Below are positions 35,201 through 47,200 of a stretch of DNA of 64,000 nucleotides, one piece after another. The DNA is from Somniosus microcephalus (Eukaryota). The position numbers and the translations under genes were made by a program. The notes beneath the pieces were generated by a model. That model was not told where the DNA came from, made no database searches, and saw only the letters and a list, made by a program, of their open reading frames with translations. The stretch is taken from positions 105,772,001 through 105,836,000 of the forward strand of contig CM126204.1 in NCBI GenBank assembly GCA_052327205.1, in the 5' to 3' direction. How positions within the stretch are numbered: position 1 is the stretch's first letter; each line of letters starts with the position of its first letter.

Positions 35201-38200
35201 TTAAAAAAAAGAATCTTGTACTAAAATATTCAATTCTGATTAGTAATATATCTAACCAGGGAGAACACATCACAGTACTTATAACATACAAACATTACAC
35301 ATTAACAAAGATGATTTGTGTATAAATACAATGCAATACACTGATATAGGTATCATAATGGATTCACAATAAAATATATTGTTAGATGTTACAACTCTTA
35401 AGTACCAAGGCTGGACATTTACATCAATACTGTTACCTCAAAATGAGACATTACCTCCAGAACTTTGTTTGGTTCTGGAGGTTGCATCTCATTCTGCAGA
35501 CTCCAATGTGAGCCAGCCTACAACCGCTCCCCCCACCCTGCCACCCGCATTTTCACTCCCACCCGCCAGCCGAAGTTTGAATATTAAAATGAAATCCAGG
35601 AGTTAAAATTGCTTGGAGCCACGACTTGCGAGCTTATTGCTCGTCTAGTCCCCTCGCACAGAATGATACCACCCTGCGATAAAATCGGGGCATATATGTG
35701 TGTGTGTTTGTATAGATGTAGATATAGATCTGTGTGTGTGGGGGGGGTATTTATATATTAAAGGTGGTGAATAATACAGGGTAAAGGTTAATTGCTATTT
35801 AACCTGGAGAACAGAACCCTGTTTTCCTTTGTGGTAAGGGCAATTAAAAAATTGCAGATATCATCGGGGTGACATTGGTCTTGGGTGGTAGCGCAAAAGG
35901 CAGTCAATTTTACACTCCACTCGATTTTCTTTTCTGTTCATTCATAGAAAAAAAGGAATGGGCCAGGAAGTAAAATGGGCTGCTGATTCACTATTGTGTG
36001 TTTTGCACTACTGTCCAAGACCAATCCTCCAAAGCTCCAGTTTTTTCTGTTCCTGTAGAAATGTTCTGTATATTCCAAATTACCACCTTTATTTCTTTGT
36101 ATATATATTTTTTTTTTTTTTTTAAGTGTGATAAAGACATTTGTATGAGACAGAAAGAGCACACATACATAAAGTTTTTATAATATTATGGATAGATGTA
36201 TAATAGATGGGTCATACTAACCAATAACAAATACCGAGAAGAATACTGACTAATTTCCATTGGTAATGAGGTCTTATGCCAGCTGAGCTGAAAACAGCCC
36301 TATTGTTCTTTGTGATCAGTTTTTTTATTACATCATGTTTTGACAGATGAAAGCAAAAAATAATTTACTCCAAGAGAGAATTGAGTCTTTCCAAAAAGAG
36401 GACTTTAAACCCCAACCTGGTTTTTACACACCTACAATGACCACGAGTACAGAAATGCTGATGATTGCTCACCAGATCTCACCACAAAGTACAGTAGGTC
36501 TAATTAGAGGTAGGCCCTTTTTGAATGTCGAAATTGAAGAAATGAATATGATGGTATCTTGTTTAATTAACTGAAATACATAATTGGATTGTCAAATAAT
36601 AAAATCTGCTCAGGTTCTTCTGAGGACTTTCCCAAGTAATCAGCTACAGATTATTTCTGAATATACGAAGTAATTATGCCATAATTGTAAATCTTGCAAT
36701 GTGAATGTTGGCATTAGCCGCATAACTCTCTGATATCATAAAAAGACCATAAAATTAAAACAATTTTAAATATTTTAAAAAGATACCATGCTGATTTCAA
36801 GACCGTAATCTAATCCCAAAGTTTAGACGGTAAGTATAAATCATTTCAGCATCATTCAACCTGGACTCAATGAAATTACTGCACTGCAAGCATTCCCAAA
36901 TATCAATTATTGATTTAATATCCCTGGTCACCTGAACATCTGGAATTCGGTTTTAAAAATAATAAGCCATTTACATTGAAATAAAGCAAATAATTTGGGA
37001 AACAAGTATCCTGGCCCAGTAGTCTTGGTAGAGTATTAGATGCACATTAAGCGTCAGTATTGAATGATATTGAAAGTCATTAATAAGTAAGTTGTTGGGA
37101 CTGTTAGATGGGGCAATTTCTGATCACTAAATGATCCAGCTGCAGGGTTCCTATTGCGTACTATAAAAATTCACTGCCTGTTGACTTATACAGAGCAGCG
37201 TTGCTAGTGATCACTTGATCATTGAGGAATCTTAATCCCAGAATAGTGTGGTCATCCAGTCACTATCAAATGATGGCAAAATGGGAATAATTTATTAAAA
37301 GAAAGCACTGAAAATGCAGCATAATGATGCTTCACCTTCTTGAATTCTTGAGCGTATCATGAAATTTTGTGCTCCTTTTGTGTATTCCAAGAAATTTGAT
37401 GGCAATAATATGAAACAATATTAAGGCAAAATGTAGCACCATAATCATTTATAGTTTGCATTGTTTCCATAATAATTTCTCAGTTGAAAAGAAAAGTTCT
37501 TAGTATCCACAGAACAATCAATTTAGGACTTAGGAAAATTAAGTAAATTATTGTAGAGCAACAGAAAAGGATGATGGGTTATTTTCCAACAAAATCTGAC
37601 AATCATTTAGTGAAAAACACTAAATCACTTTCAATTAACATTTGTTTTGACCAAGGAATAAAACTAAGATTGGACTGAAGCACCTAATAATGTCAACTTT
37701 TGTGGTGTATGTGCCTTTAAGAGCAATTGTGGTGTATGTGCCTTTAAGAGCCCCAGGTGTGCGTAATGCCGGTAATTGCCACTTGGGCTATATAAGCCTG
37801 TGTATTGTGTATATCCTTTAGAACCCCCCCCCCCCGACTTGCTTAGTAAATACCTATGAACCAACTCCTATCTTCAGTGTCTTTATCTACACACGGACAC
37901 TACAGTGGCGACGAAGTGGAAACGGACTTACCTGCAATTCGGCAGCACCTCAAGGACATCGATTCCTCCAGCGTCCAGAAGACTCAAGGAAGTTATAGAA
38001 ACTGTGGTTTCACCAGCTGTCCAAGCTGGTGGCAGGTACTGCGCTAATCCTTCCTGGGCGTCAGGCTGGGGCTCCAGCGTCGGGCTCTACAGCTGAGACA
38101 GGCAGCAAAATCGGAGGCAAGCAATAACGGACTGGGAGGGTGCACTCGGGAGACGGCCGGCGCGGCAAGCAGGTCAGCGTTTAGACCTCCGTCGGGAACG

Positions 38201-41200
38201 AGTCTCCAACAGTGAATAAACGGAAACCACAGTAAAACAGCGTTATCGGTAGCAGCGGCGGGAAAGCGCAGGAAGCGCCATATCGTTGCTACAGAGAAAA
38301 AAAAAGCGCGGGAAGCGCCATATCTTTTTTTGAAATGCCTAAGTCTGGCAATATGGATGCTTTTGATAACGAAACAGAGCCTAACTTTGGCAATATTGAT
38401 GTTTTTGATAACAAGATAGAGAATTGGACCACATATGTAGAAAGAGTGGAGGTGTTTTGCACCGCAAATGGAATAGAAGATGGAAAAAAAAGCTTCAGTG
38501 CTTCTGGATCTAATGGGCGCAGAAACATACAAGCTGTTACGCAACTTAATCACTCCAGCCGAACCGATGGACAAGAATTTTGAGGAGATTGTTGATACCC
38601 TACACTGCCAATTCGAGGCAGATTCTCTGCAAGACAAATTCATCTGCGATCCCCTAAGTGTAGAAACACAAAAAAAGGTATCTTCTGGAAAAGATTTAAC
38701 ACTGGACAAGGCTTTCAGTGCAATAGGAGCGGCAAAGATACAGCAAAGGCCACAGGACTTCGGCACCCATGAAATGACACGGGGTTTCAAGAGATGTTAT
38801 CGCTGCGGCAGATCCAACCATGACCAGAGGGATTGCTGGTTCAAAGAAAAAGCATGCAGGCGATGCGGAAAGATGGGACACATTCCACGTGTATGCCGAT
38901 CTGAAAATAAAAAATCCACTAACGGGAAAAGAATCAATAAGGAAAAGCACAGAAAGGTACAAATGATGACGGACAGTAGCTCCAAAGACCAGGAGTGCGA
39001 TAGCGACTCCGGGAACAAGAGACTAAGCTCTCTCAAATTACATAATGTAATTGCCAATGAAGATTACCAGGCCATTTGGGTTACCCTCATAATAGCAGGG
39101 TCCCCAGTTAAAATGGAGCTAGATACAGGATCAGCTCTAACCGTAATAAATCGACGAGATTACGAGAGGCTATTTTCGCATATACCTCTAAAAGACACAT
39201 CCATTATCTTAAAAACATATACGGGGCAGAAAGTATACCCCAAAGGAAAAATAAAGGTGCCTGTGGTATACAACAGCAAAGAAATACAAAAGTTGTATTT
39301 ATACATTCTACAAGATGGTGGTCCACCGTTGTTGGGACGTGAATGGATAAGGAAGATACGTTTAGACTGGCACTCCATTCAGGCACTGACGGTGACCAGT
39401 AAGGAAAAAAACAATGATGACATCATACCTGAACGATTAAAAGACATCTTGGCCAACGCCAAAGAAGTGTGTCAAGAGAAACTAGGAACCTTGAAAGGCA
39501 TCACCGCCTCAATAAAAGTGGAAGATGCAGCAATTCCAAAATTTTTTAAGGCAAGACCGGTGCCATACGCAATACGTCTGGCAATCGAGGCAGAGCTGGA
39601 GAATTTGGAAAAGGCAGGCGTATTATCCAAAATAGATTGGAGCGAATGGGCAACACCCATCGTTCCAGTCATGAAAAAAGCATTGAAAAATAACTCTGAG
39701 GAACAGAGAAAAATTCGCATCTGTGGGGACTTTAAGGTGACTGTAAACCCGGTCCTTCACACGGTACAGTATCCTCTTCCGAGGATAGAAGATATTTTCG
39801 CCTCCCTATCCGGAGGAAAACGTTTCACAAAAATTGACTTGGCACAGGCATATCTACAGATGGAGGTTGAGGAGACCTCTAAAAAGTATCTCACAATAAA
39901 CACACACAAAGGCCTGTACCAGTACAATCGACTGGTTTTTGGAGTAGCATCAGCTCCAGCTATCTGGCAAAGAGCTATGGAGCAAGTCCTGCAAGGGATT
40001 CCGGGGACTCAGTGTTACCTAGACGACATCCTTATAACAGGAGAAAACAACAACGAGCACCTTGCCAATTTGGAGCAGGTGCTCACTAGGCTGAAAGAAC
40101 GGGGCCTACGAGCAAATCGCCCCAAGTGCGAATTTTTCCAAAATCAGATATCATATTGTGGCCACATAATTAATAAGGAAGGGTTGCATAAGTCACCTGA
40201 AAAAATTGAAGCAGTTATAAAAGCCCCAGCACCTGAAAATGTTTCACAATTAAGGTCATTCCTGGGATTAATAAATTACTATCATAAATTTTTACCGAAC
40301 TTATCAACTATTCTACACCCTCTTAATGATCTTCTACACACAGGAGTGATTTGGAAATGGAACGAAGACTGTAAACGTGCCTTCCATAAATGTAAAGACT
40401 TAATCACATCCGAGAAAGTTTTGGCTCATTACAACCCATCACTACCAATCAGACTGGCGTGCGATGCATCCCCTTACGGCATAGGAGCGGTATTGTCCCA
40501 TAGATTCCCTGATGGCTCGGAACGGCCGATAGCTTTTGCGTCACGCTCATTGAACTCAGCTGAGCGTAACTATTCCCAGATAGACAGGGAAGCACTCAGC
40601 CTGGTATGGGGAGTGAAGAAATTCAACCATTACCTACACGGGCAAAAATTTACCTTGCTGACTGACCATCAACCCCTCATCTCCATATTCAACCCTAAGA
40701 AAGGTGTCCCCATTATGACGGCACAAAGACTACAGAGGTGGTCCCTTTTTCTAGGGGCACACCAATACAACATTGAATACAAAGAGTCAAAACAGCATGG
40801 GAATGCTGACGGTTTATCGCGCCTGCCGTTGCCAACGATAGAAGAGGCACCTACAGTAGACCCAGTAGAGATATTCCACTCTACCATAGTGGAATGTCTA
40901 CCGGTGACAAATTCTGCCATTGAAAGGGAGACCAGAAATGACCCTACTCTCTCACGGGTCTACGATTTAACAATGAAGGGATGGCCAGCACATGGCGAAC
41001 CACTGTTGCCAGCATTCTCGCAAAGAAGAGAACAGCTGTCAGTGTGCCGAGGAACCTTGATGTGTGGATCCAGAGTGGTGATTCCACCCAAACTCCAGGA
41101 TAAAGTGCTAAAGGAGCTTCACGAGGGGCATCTGGGTGGAGTGAAAATGAAGAACCTAGCTAGGGCGTTTGTATGGTGGCCAGGTATCGATGGAGACATC

Positions 41201-44200
41201 GAAGACATGACCAAGAGCTGCCTAGGATGCCAGAAGGTCCAAAATGCTCCGCCACAGGCCCCTCTACATCCATGGGAGTGGCCCTCATCTCCCTGGCAAA
41301 GGGTGCACATCGACTTTGCTGGTCCATTTATGGACTCAATGTTCTTAATCGCAGTTGATGCACACTCCAAGTGGCCGGAGGTAATAAAGATGTCCTCCAC
41401 CACCACGGAAAAAACCATCACAGTATTAAGGACCATATTTGCCAGGAATGGGCTGCCGGAACAGATATGTTCTGATAATGGACCGCAATTTGTGTCCGAA
41501 GAATTCAGAAAGTTCTTAAAGAACAATGGGGTAAAGCACTACACGTCCGCCCCATACCATCTCGCCACCAATGGATTGGCTGAAAGGTTTGTCCAGACCT
41601 TTAAGAAGGCCATAAAGGCCATGGGTAATGAAGACATAAAACTTCAGCACAAGGTGGATAACTTCTTATTTGCATATAGGAATGCAACACATATGGTTAC
41701 AAACCAAACTCCCGCCATGATGTTCTACAATAGAAACCTAAGATGCCGGCTGGATTTGGTCAAGCCCAACATCCGAAGGGACGTGGAGAACCGGCAGTTT
41801 CAGGGCATGAATAAAAGGCCAACTAGGGCCTTCCAGATAGGTCAACCGGTTTTGGCCCGGGACTACCGTACCGAGAAATGGCAGCCTGGAACTATCTGCA
41901 CACGACTAGGACCACTGATGTATACCGTGGACATCGGAGAAAGCATAATAAGGCGGCATGCTGACCAAATCATCAAGTCATCCGAAAAGGGACAACCTAC
42001 ACCACCACGCTATACATCGAACGATGAAGTAGAGATACCCATATCTACCTCCGATCCGGTGATACTGGAACCCGATGAACCCGACACTGGCCTTCAAGCC
42101 GAATCAGCCTTGCCAGAAGAACCTACTACACCACCAGAAACTACTACACCCCCGAGGCGTTATCCGGACCGAGTCAGGAAGCCTCCTGAGAGACTAACTT
42201 ATAATTAATTAATACAGCAATGTATATTATTTTGCATATAACATGTAATTAATAATTACTTAAAATATGATGTACTAGTTAGCTAGAAGGGGAGGAATTG
42301 TGGTGTATGTGCCTTTAAGAGCCCCAGGTGTGCGTAATGCCGGTAATTGCCACTTGGGCTATATAAGCCTGTGTATTGTGCATATCCTTTAGAACCCCCC
42401 CCCCCCCCCCCCCAGACTTGCTTAGTAAATACCTATGAACCAACTCCTATCTTCAGTGTCTTTATCTACACACGGACACTACAACTTTGTTTTAGCAAAG
42501 AAAAATTTGCTCTTAAGAATTTGATCTGTCAAAGGATCCAAGAGGAAGTGAGCTGTGGGTGGGTGGTATGGCTTTACCAATGTTGGAAAACAATGGCACC
42601 CTGTGCTACAAGAAAGGTATTAAACATGAAAATTTGTCACTTATGATATTAGCTAGTTTTATGCTTAAAATGATGAATATTGATTGCAGACAAGCAGGTA
42701 AAATATTTAGCCTACCAGTTAATATTAATTAGTATATACAATAAGGTTGCAGTTTAGATGTCACAAATGTGGAATGAAGCAATTGTGATTAATGAACCCA
42801 TGATTAAATTGTTTTCCCACTCCTGTCCATAATTCTATATCATATGCAATTAAATAAGTGAAAATTAAGCACAGAAACAATACTGCAATATTGTATAGCT
42901 TTCTGAAACCATTGAAAAGACATTCATTTTACTGAAAAATGTCAATGTTATTGTGATAATACATAAAGAACGGAAGGATATATTACATTTCTTTAAAAAC
43001 CCACGCTTTTCTATTTCCAGATTGTAGACATGGTTTCTTTGGAGGCTCTGCTGCTACAAACCCTTCTTCAAACACGTCCGCTAGCCAACATTCTACAATG
43101 GCAAGTTTGACAATGGATGCTGCCAAAGAATATAATGAGGAAATCAGTAAAGTTAAAGAAATGTATAAACAATTGTAAGATTTGTTTGTCTGTAAATTAC
43201 ACGTATTTTTACAGCAGTAACATAAGTTGTGAATTAGATAAAGTTATTTAGATTAAATGAGAAAACGCAGTTATTTTTAAAGTGTTTTTATTTTTATTCA
43301 CTGGCGAAGTGACTGGGAGCAAAGGGCCCATGTTTGATCACAGTTCTACACCAAATTAGTCGATTTAAATTGGGGTGACAGAGAGCAGGTAGATTAATAA
43401 CTGTCCAGGGTTCTCAAGTCCTGATTGCTAGCTGGTGACCCCTACTGGAAGTATACATGCATGAGTGCTGACAAAGGTGGACTCAAGATGAATATAAATG
43501 AAGGAAACCATTTGGTTCATCTTCAGTCATTCAAAATAAAATCTTACAGTTCCCTTATCACACCTTGTAACTGTATTTGGAATACACCTAACATTTTTGC
43601 CTCCACGAACCTATTATGGAAGACCATTCCAAGTGTTGATTGTGAAAACTGTTTCCCTAACAGGTCTTCAATTGTGATTTCATCAGTAGCTCATGTCCCT
43701 GTGTTCTAGTGTCTTCGCTTACCTTAAATTAGCACATGGTTTAGAACACTTGACAGGGAATTGCATTTGTAGGCATTAAATGCATATTGAAGTTGGAATG
43801 AACTACCATTTGAAGTCATAATAAAGTTTTAAAGATTTAAAATAAATTAAGGGAAATTGCAAGGTGAACCAATGCATCATTTGTCCCACAAAATACTTTT
43901 AGTATTTGATGGTCTCATAACTGCCTTTATATATAAACTGGGGGTCGAGTTTCCGCTTTTTACGCTAGCAATAGCAGCAGAATTGGCCGAACCAGCACAA
44001 TTTATCGGGGTATTTTAAATGTAAGTGAGTTACACACAAAACTACTTACTTTTGCGTTTTCCACAATCTTTTACACTGGTTCAATATTCAATTTGCACGA
44101 TAAAGCCCCGCCCACACCCCAGAGGTCAAAATTGCGAGATTACACCGATTGTGGTGGTTTGGGAAGGCTCGGCAAATTGCACACATTTTCTAAAGCGCAG

Positions 44201-44771
44201 ACACGTTTTAAAAGTTTTTTCGTATCAAAAAGTATTTAATTTACTAAGAACCGACTAGTGTACACCGATGAAACTATTAAATGGTTCAGTATAGTTTTAA
44301 GTCAGTGATTTAAAATCAGGTTACTCACAGGTGGAGGACTGGACACCCTTATTAAAAAATGCTTATTTTTGGTAATAAAACAATTTTTATCTGTATTAAT
44401 AAAACTGCACCAGGTTACCACTCTTATATAATTCGAGGAATGCTTTTTAATGGAAAGGGAAAAAAAAGAAACTATTGCATTCTATTACGCTGCCCGATTG
44501 CCTGGTTCATAGAAGATTTTAAATTTGTGATTATGCAAATGAATTTTAGTGGAATCTTGAACTGTAACAACCAGTGCAATTTTATGATTGCGCCCAAAGC
44601 AGAAACTCTATTCCCCTGATATTTTGATTTTCTTTCAGGAAAAGAGAGCGTAACCTGCTCCTTGATGTCATGATGATTATGTACACTCGCAGGTGGTTTG
44701 TTGATGAAGCCATTCCCCACATCAAAAGAACACTAAGAAAATGTGGTATAAAATCAGAGGATACAGACTGA
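23251..44771 (+). CDS. Uncharacterised coiled-coil protein gene, ~526 aa, 10 coding exons (23251-23253, 24046-24126, 24701-25267, 27636-27779, 30001-30192, 30342-30437, 34386-34433, 36347-36509, 43021-43174, 44639-44771)
   Basis: All exons are AG/GT bounded with compatible phases and give one open frame MACSETH...LRKCGIKSEDTD*; E/K/L heptad-rich middle. Confidence 0.8.
23275..24008 (+). mobile_element. L2 LINE 3' fragment
   Basis: FVTSRLDYSNAIL...ITPVLADLHWL...FKIL; tail GGCGCTATATAAATACAAGTTGTTGT. Confidence 0.92.
24046..24126 (+). CDS. Coiled-coil gene exon (ACSETH...GSKK)
   Basis: ttttcag acceptor, AAG|gtaac donor, 81 nt, phase 0/0. Confidence 0.75.
24701..25267 (+). CDS. Coiled-coil gene large exon
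   Basis: 567-nt open exon GSQKQTYLPP...AAERVR, acacag acceptor, gtaaaa donor. Confidence 0.85.
25568..25915 (-). mobile_element. L2 LINE 3' fragment
   Basis: Reverse complement of the L2 tail (acaacaacaac...tttatatagtgc, ttggtcaaagagg, ggaattccagag). Confidence 0.75.
25925..26220. mobile_element. MITE-like non-autonomous DNA element
   Basis: GC-rich insert ending AAAATTACCCCC. Confidence 0.4.
27000..27335 (-). mobile_element. Old CR1 ORF2 fragment
   Basis: Degenerate match to CR1 (tgtgaaaactgaagcaaagtac...atttagca...ttgccatt). Confidence 0.55.
27636..27779 (+). CDS. Coiled-coil gene exon (EHLQKEVEYLQSSL...)
   Basis: atatag acceptor, 144 nt, phase 0/0 (weak gtctgt donor). Confidence 0.75.
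28075..29050 (+). mobile_element. Old L2 LINE 3' fragment
   Basis: tttgtcacctccagactcgattac (FVTSRLDY), cattaaattcaaag, L2-like tail aaaggcaccatataagttgtt. Confidence 0.8.
29410..29693. mobile_element. MITE, deletion derivative of the 50528-51255 family
   Basis: Shares both ends with 50528-51255 (aaatttggtta.gcc...ggtaaccgaatt; gcccgggc.ataagccctttgtgccc...aaaggagccgaatttc). Confidence 0.75.
30001..30192 (+). CDS. Coiled-coil gene exon (DDLLVEVEELK...ENEK)
   Basis: ttgtag acceptor, gtaagg donor, 192 nt. Confidence 0.85.
30342..30437 (+). CDS. Coiled-coil gene exon (DHIQLELED...RREK)
   Basis: gattag acceptor, gtaatg donor, 96 nt. Confidence 0.85.
30799..31367. mobile_element. MITE-like DNA element remnant
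   Basis: GGGCTCAAAATT ... GAATTGCAGCACCCC termini resembling other MITEs here. Confidence 0.4.
31431..32553 (+). mobile_element. CR1 LINE 3' part (RT)
   Basis: ORFs 31403-32462 with [21 protein letters not shown]; CR1 tail. Confidence 0.93.
32616..33953. mobile_element. MITE-like element containing a CR1 insertion
   Basis: GGGGGCAGAAATT start, AAATTTTTAGCTC end; GC-rich arms flank the CR1 at 33090-33762. Confidence 0.5.
33090..33762 (-). mobile_element. CR1 LINE 3' fragment (same subfamily as 17706-18305)
   Basis: ORF 33241-33591 ERVQRRFTRMLPGLENFSYEERL; tagaatcatagaa tail. Confidence 0.9.
34386..34433 (+). CDS. Coiled-coil gene exon (DEFLTETEELKKFLDK)
   Basis: tttatag acceptor, gtacgt donor, 48 nt. 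Confidence 0.8.
34484..34808. mobile_element. Tc1/mariner-Tigger-type MITE
   Basis: TIR CAGGAAACTTT...AAAGTTTCCTG with TA on both sides. Confidence 0.8.
36347..36509 (+). CDS. Coiled-coil gene exon (MKAKNNLLQERIESF...)
   Basis: tgacag acceptor; the AG|gtaggc phase-1 donor fits the next exon (alternative donor at 36553). Confidence 0.7.
38335..42208 (+). CDS. gag-pol of provirus 2; gag has a +1 frameshift at an A8 run and an internal deletion, pol is open
   Basis: ORF 38335-38583 (MPKSGN...) joins ORF 38480-42208; CCHC x2, LDTGS, YLDD, RNase H, integrase. Confidence 0.9.
42299..42483 (+). repeat. 3' LTR of provirus 2
   Basis: Direct repeat of 37728-37904 (longer poly-C tract). Confidence 0.95.
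43021..43174 (+). CDS. Coiled-coil gene exon (CRHGFFGG...KEMYKQL)
   Basis: ttccag acceptor, gtaaga donor, phase 1/2. Confidence 0.8.
43940..44616. mobile_element. MITE-like DNA element
   Basis: Imperfect TIRs GGGGGTCGAGTTTCCGC / GCAGAAACTCTATTCCCC. Confidence 0.6.
44639..44771 (+). CDS. Coiled-coil gene last coding exon (KRERNLLLDVMMIMYTRRWFVDEAIPHIKRTLRKCG...*)
   Basis: tctttcag acceptor, phase-2 compatible, TGA at 44769-44771. Confidence 0.8.
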
Positions 44772-45819
44772 GAATCAGGAGGAGAATATCTACACATATC
44801 AGTACTTTGCTCATGAGCTGCTACTGTACAATTTATTCTCTAATATCTCTATCCATTAAATATACTAGTATCACTGAACTTGTCTCAGTGTCAAACAGAC
44901 GACAATTAAAATTGCTACAGCTTATTGAAAGTGCAAAAGTCATAAAGTGGCACAAATTAATTATGGAATTGGACCAGAGAAAATAAAATAAGGGTATTTA
45001 GATGAAACCACACAGAAAACATCCCTGTGAAGAGGCCATTTTAACAACATGGAATTCCTACATTTGCTGTAGATGCAAATATTTGCATTATTTGATGTTC
45101 TAACTAATTTCTGATACTGGGGAATTGAATTAATTTTGTATTGCGCTTACTTTTACTCTATTTATTTAATAGTTCTTAAAAGTGGTTATCACCTCATAGT
45201 ATTCAGATTAACAAATGGTAGCCTATGCACTATTAGAACAATATGAACACATTTTAAAGAAAGCAACATAAAATAAGCATTTTAATAGATCAAAATATCA
45301 AATTACAATACAAACTTCAAAATGCAAAGCAAATAAATTTGTACACATTGTTAAAAATTGGTTGTCACAGAAGTTCAAAATAAATACCCACTACATTAAA
45401 GTATACCATTTGTTTAATATCTATGGAGAGATTGAAAGCGGTATTATTTTGATTTCTCCAACTGAGCTGGTGCCTAAGAAATAAACCAGTTAGATCTGTA
45501 CTTTTTTCCTTAAAAACTTTTAGAATGCAATTTGGTGTTTTCCTTTGGTCAAAAAAACCAAAGCTTTGCATTGTTGCACACTGCTAAGTAATTTATATTT
45601 TCTTCATGCTATTTCAAAAGCAAAACAAAATAGAACAAATTAACTGGTCATTTATCTCATTGCTGTGTGTGGTGTAGGATGGCTACCCTATTTTTCTACA
45701 AAACAGTCCTTGACGTTCAAAAGTAATTGTGTATGTGAAACACTAAGACGTTTTTAATGTTACAAGATGCACTATATATCCAAGTTTTACATCATTTACT
45801 CATCGGTTATGGAAGTCAG

Positions 45820-47200
45820 AGATACGGGGAAGTACAAACCTGTTAGCCTCACATCAGTAGTTGGGGAAATGCTGGAATCTATTATGAAGGATGCAATAAC
45901 TGGGCATTTAGAAACTAATAGTAAGATTGAGCAGAGTCAACATGGATTTATGGAAGGGAAATCCTGTTTGACAAACCTATTGGAGTTCTTTGAGGATGTA
46001 ACTAGTGGAGTAGACAAAGGGGAACCGGTAGATGTGGTGTATTTGGATTTTCAGAAGGCCTTCGATAAGGTCCCACACAAGAGGTTGGTGAACAAAATTA
46101 GGGCACATGGAATTTGGGGTAATATACTAGCATGGATTGAGAATTGGTTAACAGACAGAAAACAAAGAGTAGGGATAAACGGGTCTTTTTCAGGATGGCG
46201 GGCTGTGACTAGTGGGGTACCGCAAGGATCGGTGCTTGGGCCCCAGCTATTCACAATCTATATCAATGATTTGGATGAGGGGACTAAATATAACATTTCC
46301 AAATTTGCTGATGATACAAAGCTAGGTGGCAGTGTCAGTTGTGAAGATGTGAAGAGGCTTCACGGGGATCTCGACAGGCTCAGTGAGTGGGCGAGAACAT
46401 GGCAGATGGAATATAATGTGGTTAAATGTGAAGTTATCCACTTTGGTAGGAAAAACAAAGGCAGAGTATTTCCTAAATGGTGAAAGATTGGGGAATGCAG
46501 ATGCTCAAAAGGACCTGGGTGTCCTTGCACATGAGTCACTGAAAGTGAATGTGCAGGTGTAGCAAGCCATTAGGAAGGCAAATGGTATGCTGGCCTTCAT
46601 TACAAGAGGATTTGAGTACAGGAGTAAAGAAGTCTTACTCCAATTATATAGGGCCTTGGTGAGACCACACCTGGAGTACTGTGTACAATTTTGGTGGTCT
46701 TACCTAAGGAAGGATATACTTGCCATAGAGGGAGTGCAACAAAGGTTCACGAGATTGATTTCTGGGATGGCGGGACTGTCATATGAGAAGAGATTGAGTA
46801 AACTAGGCCTGTATTCTCTTGAATTCAGAAGAATGAGAGGGGATCTCATTGAAGCATACAATATTATTAAAGGATGGATGCTGGGAGAATGTTACCCTTG
46901 GCTGGGGAGTCTAGAACCAGGGGCCACAGCCTCACGACAAAGGATAGGCCATTCAGGACTGAGATGAGAAGAGATTTCTTCACACAGAGGGTGGTGTATC
47001 TTTGGAATTCTCTACCCCAGAAGGCTGTGGAGGCTCAGTCATTGGGTATATTCGAAACAGAAGGCGATAGATTTCTGACTGGTAAGGGCATCAAGGGATA
47101 TGGCGAATGGAGTTGAGGCAGAAGATCAGCCATGATCTCACCGAATAGCGGAGCAGGCTCGAAGGGCCGAAAGACCTACTCCTGTTCCTATTACGTTCTT
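45820..47200 (+). mobile_element. CR1 LINE RT fragment
   Basis: ORFs 45767-47116: [23 protein letters not shown]. Confidence 0.93.

Larger units (their letters stand above)
37701..42483 (+). mobile_element. Gypsy (Mag-like) LTR retrotransposon, provirus 2, in an intron of the coiled-coil gene
   Basis: LTRs 37728-37904 (plus extra 37701-37727) and 42299-42483; 5-bp TSD ACTTT (37696-37700, 42484-42488); PBS TGGCGACGAA; PPT AGAAGGGGAGGAAT. Confidence 0.96.

Noticed and set aside
38470-38500. Programmed ribosomal frameshift at the A8 run
   Set aside because: It needs a +1 shift early in gag, and provirus 1 is in frame here; a homopolymer indel is more likely
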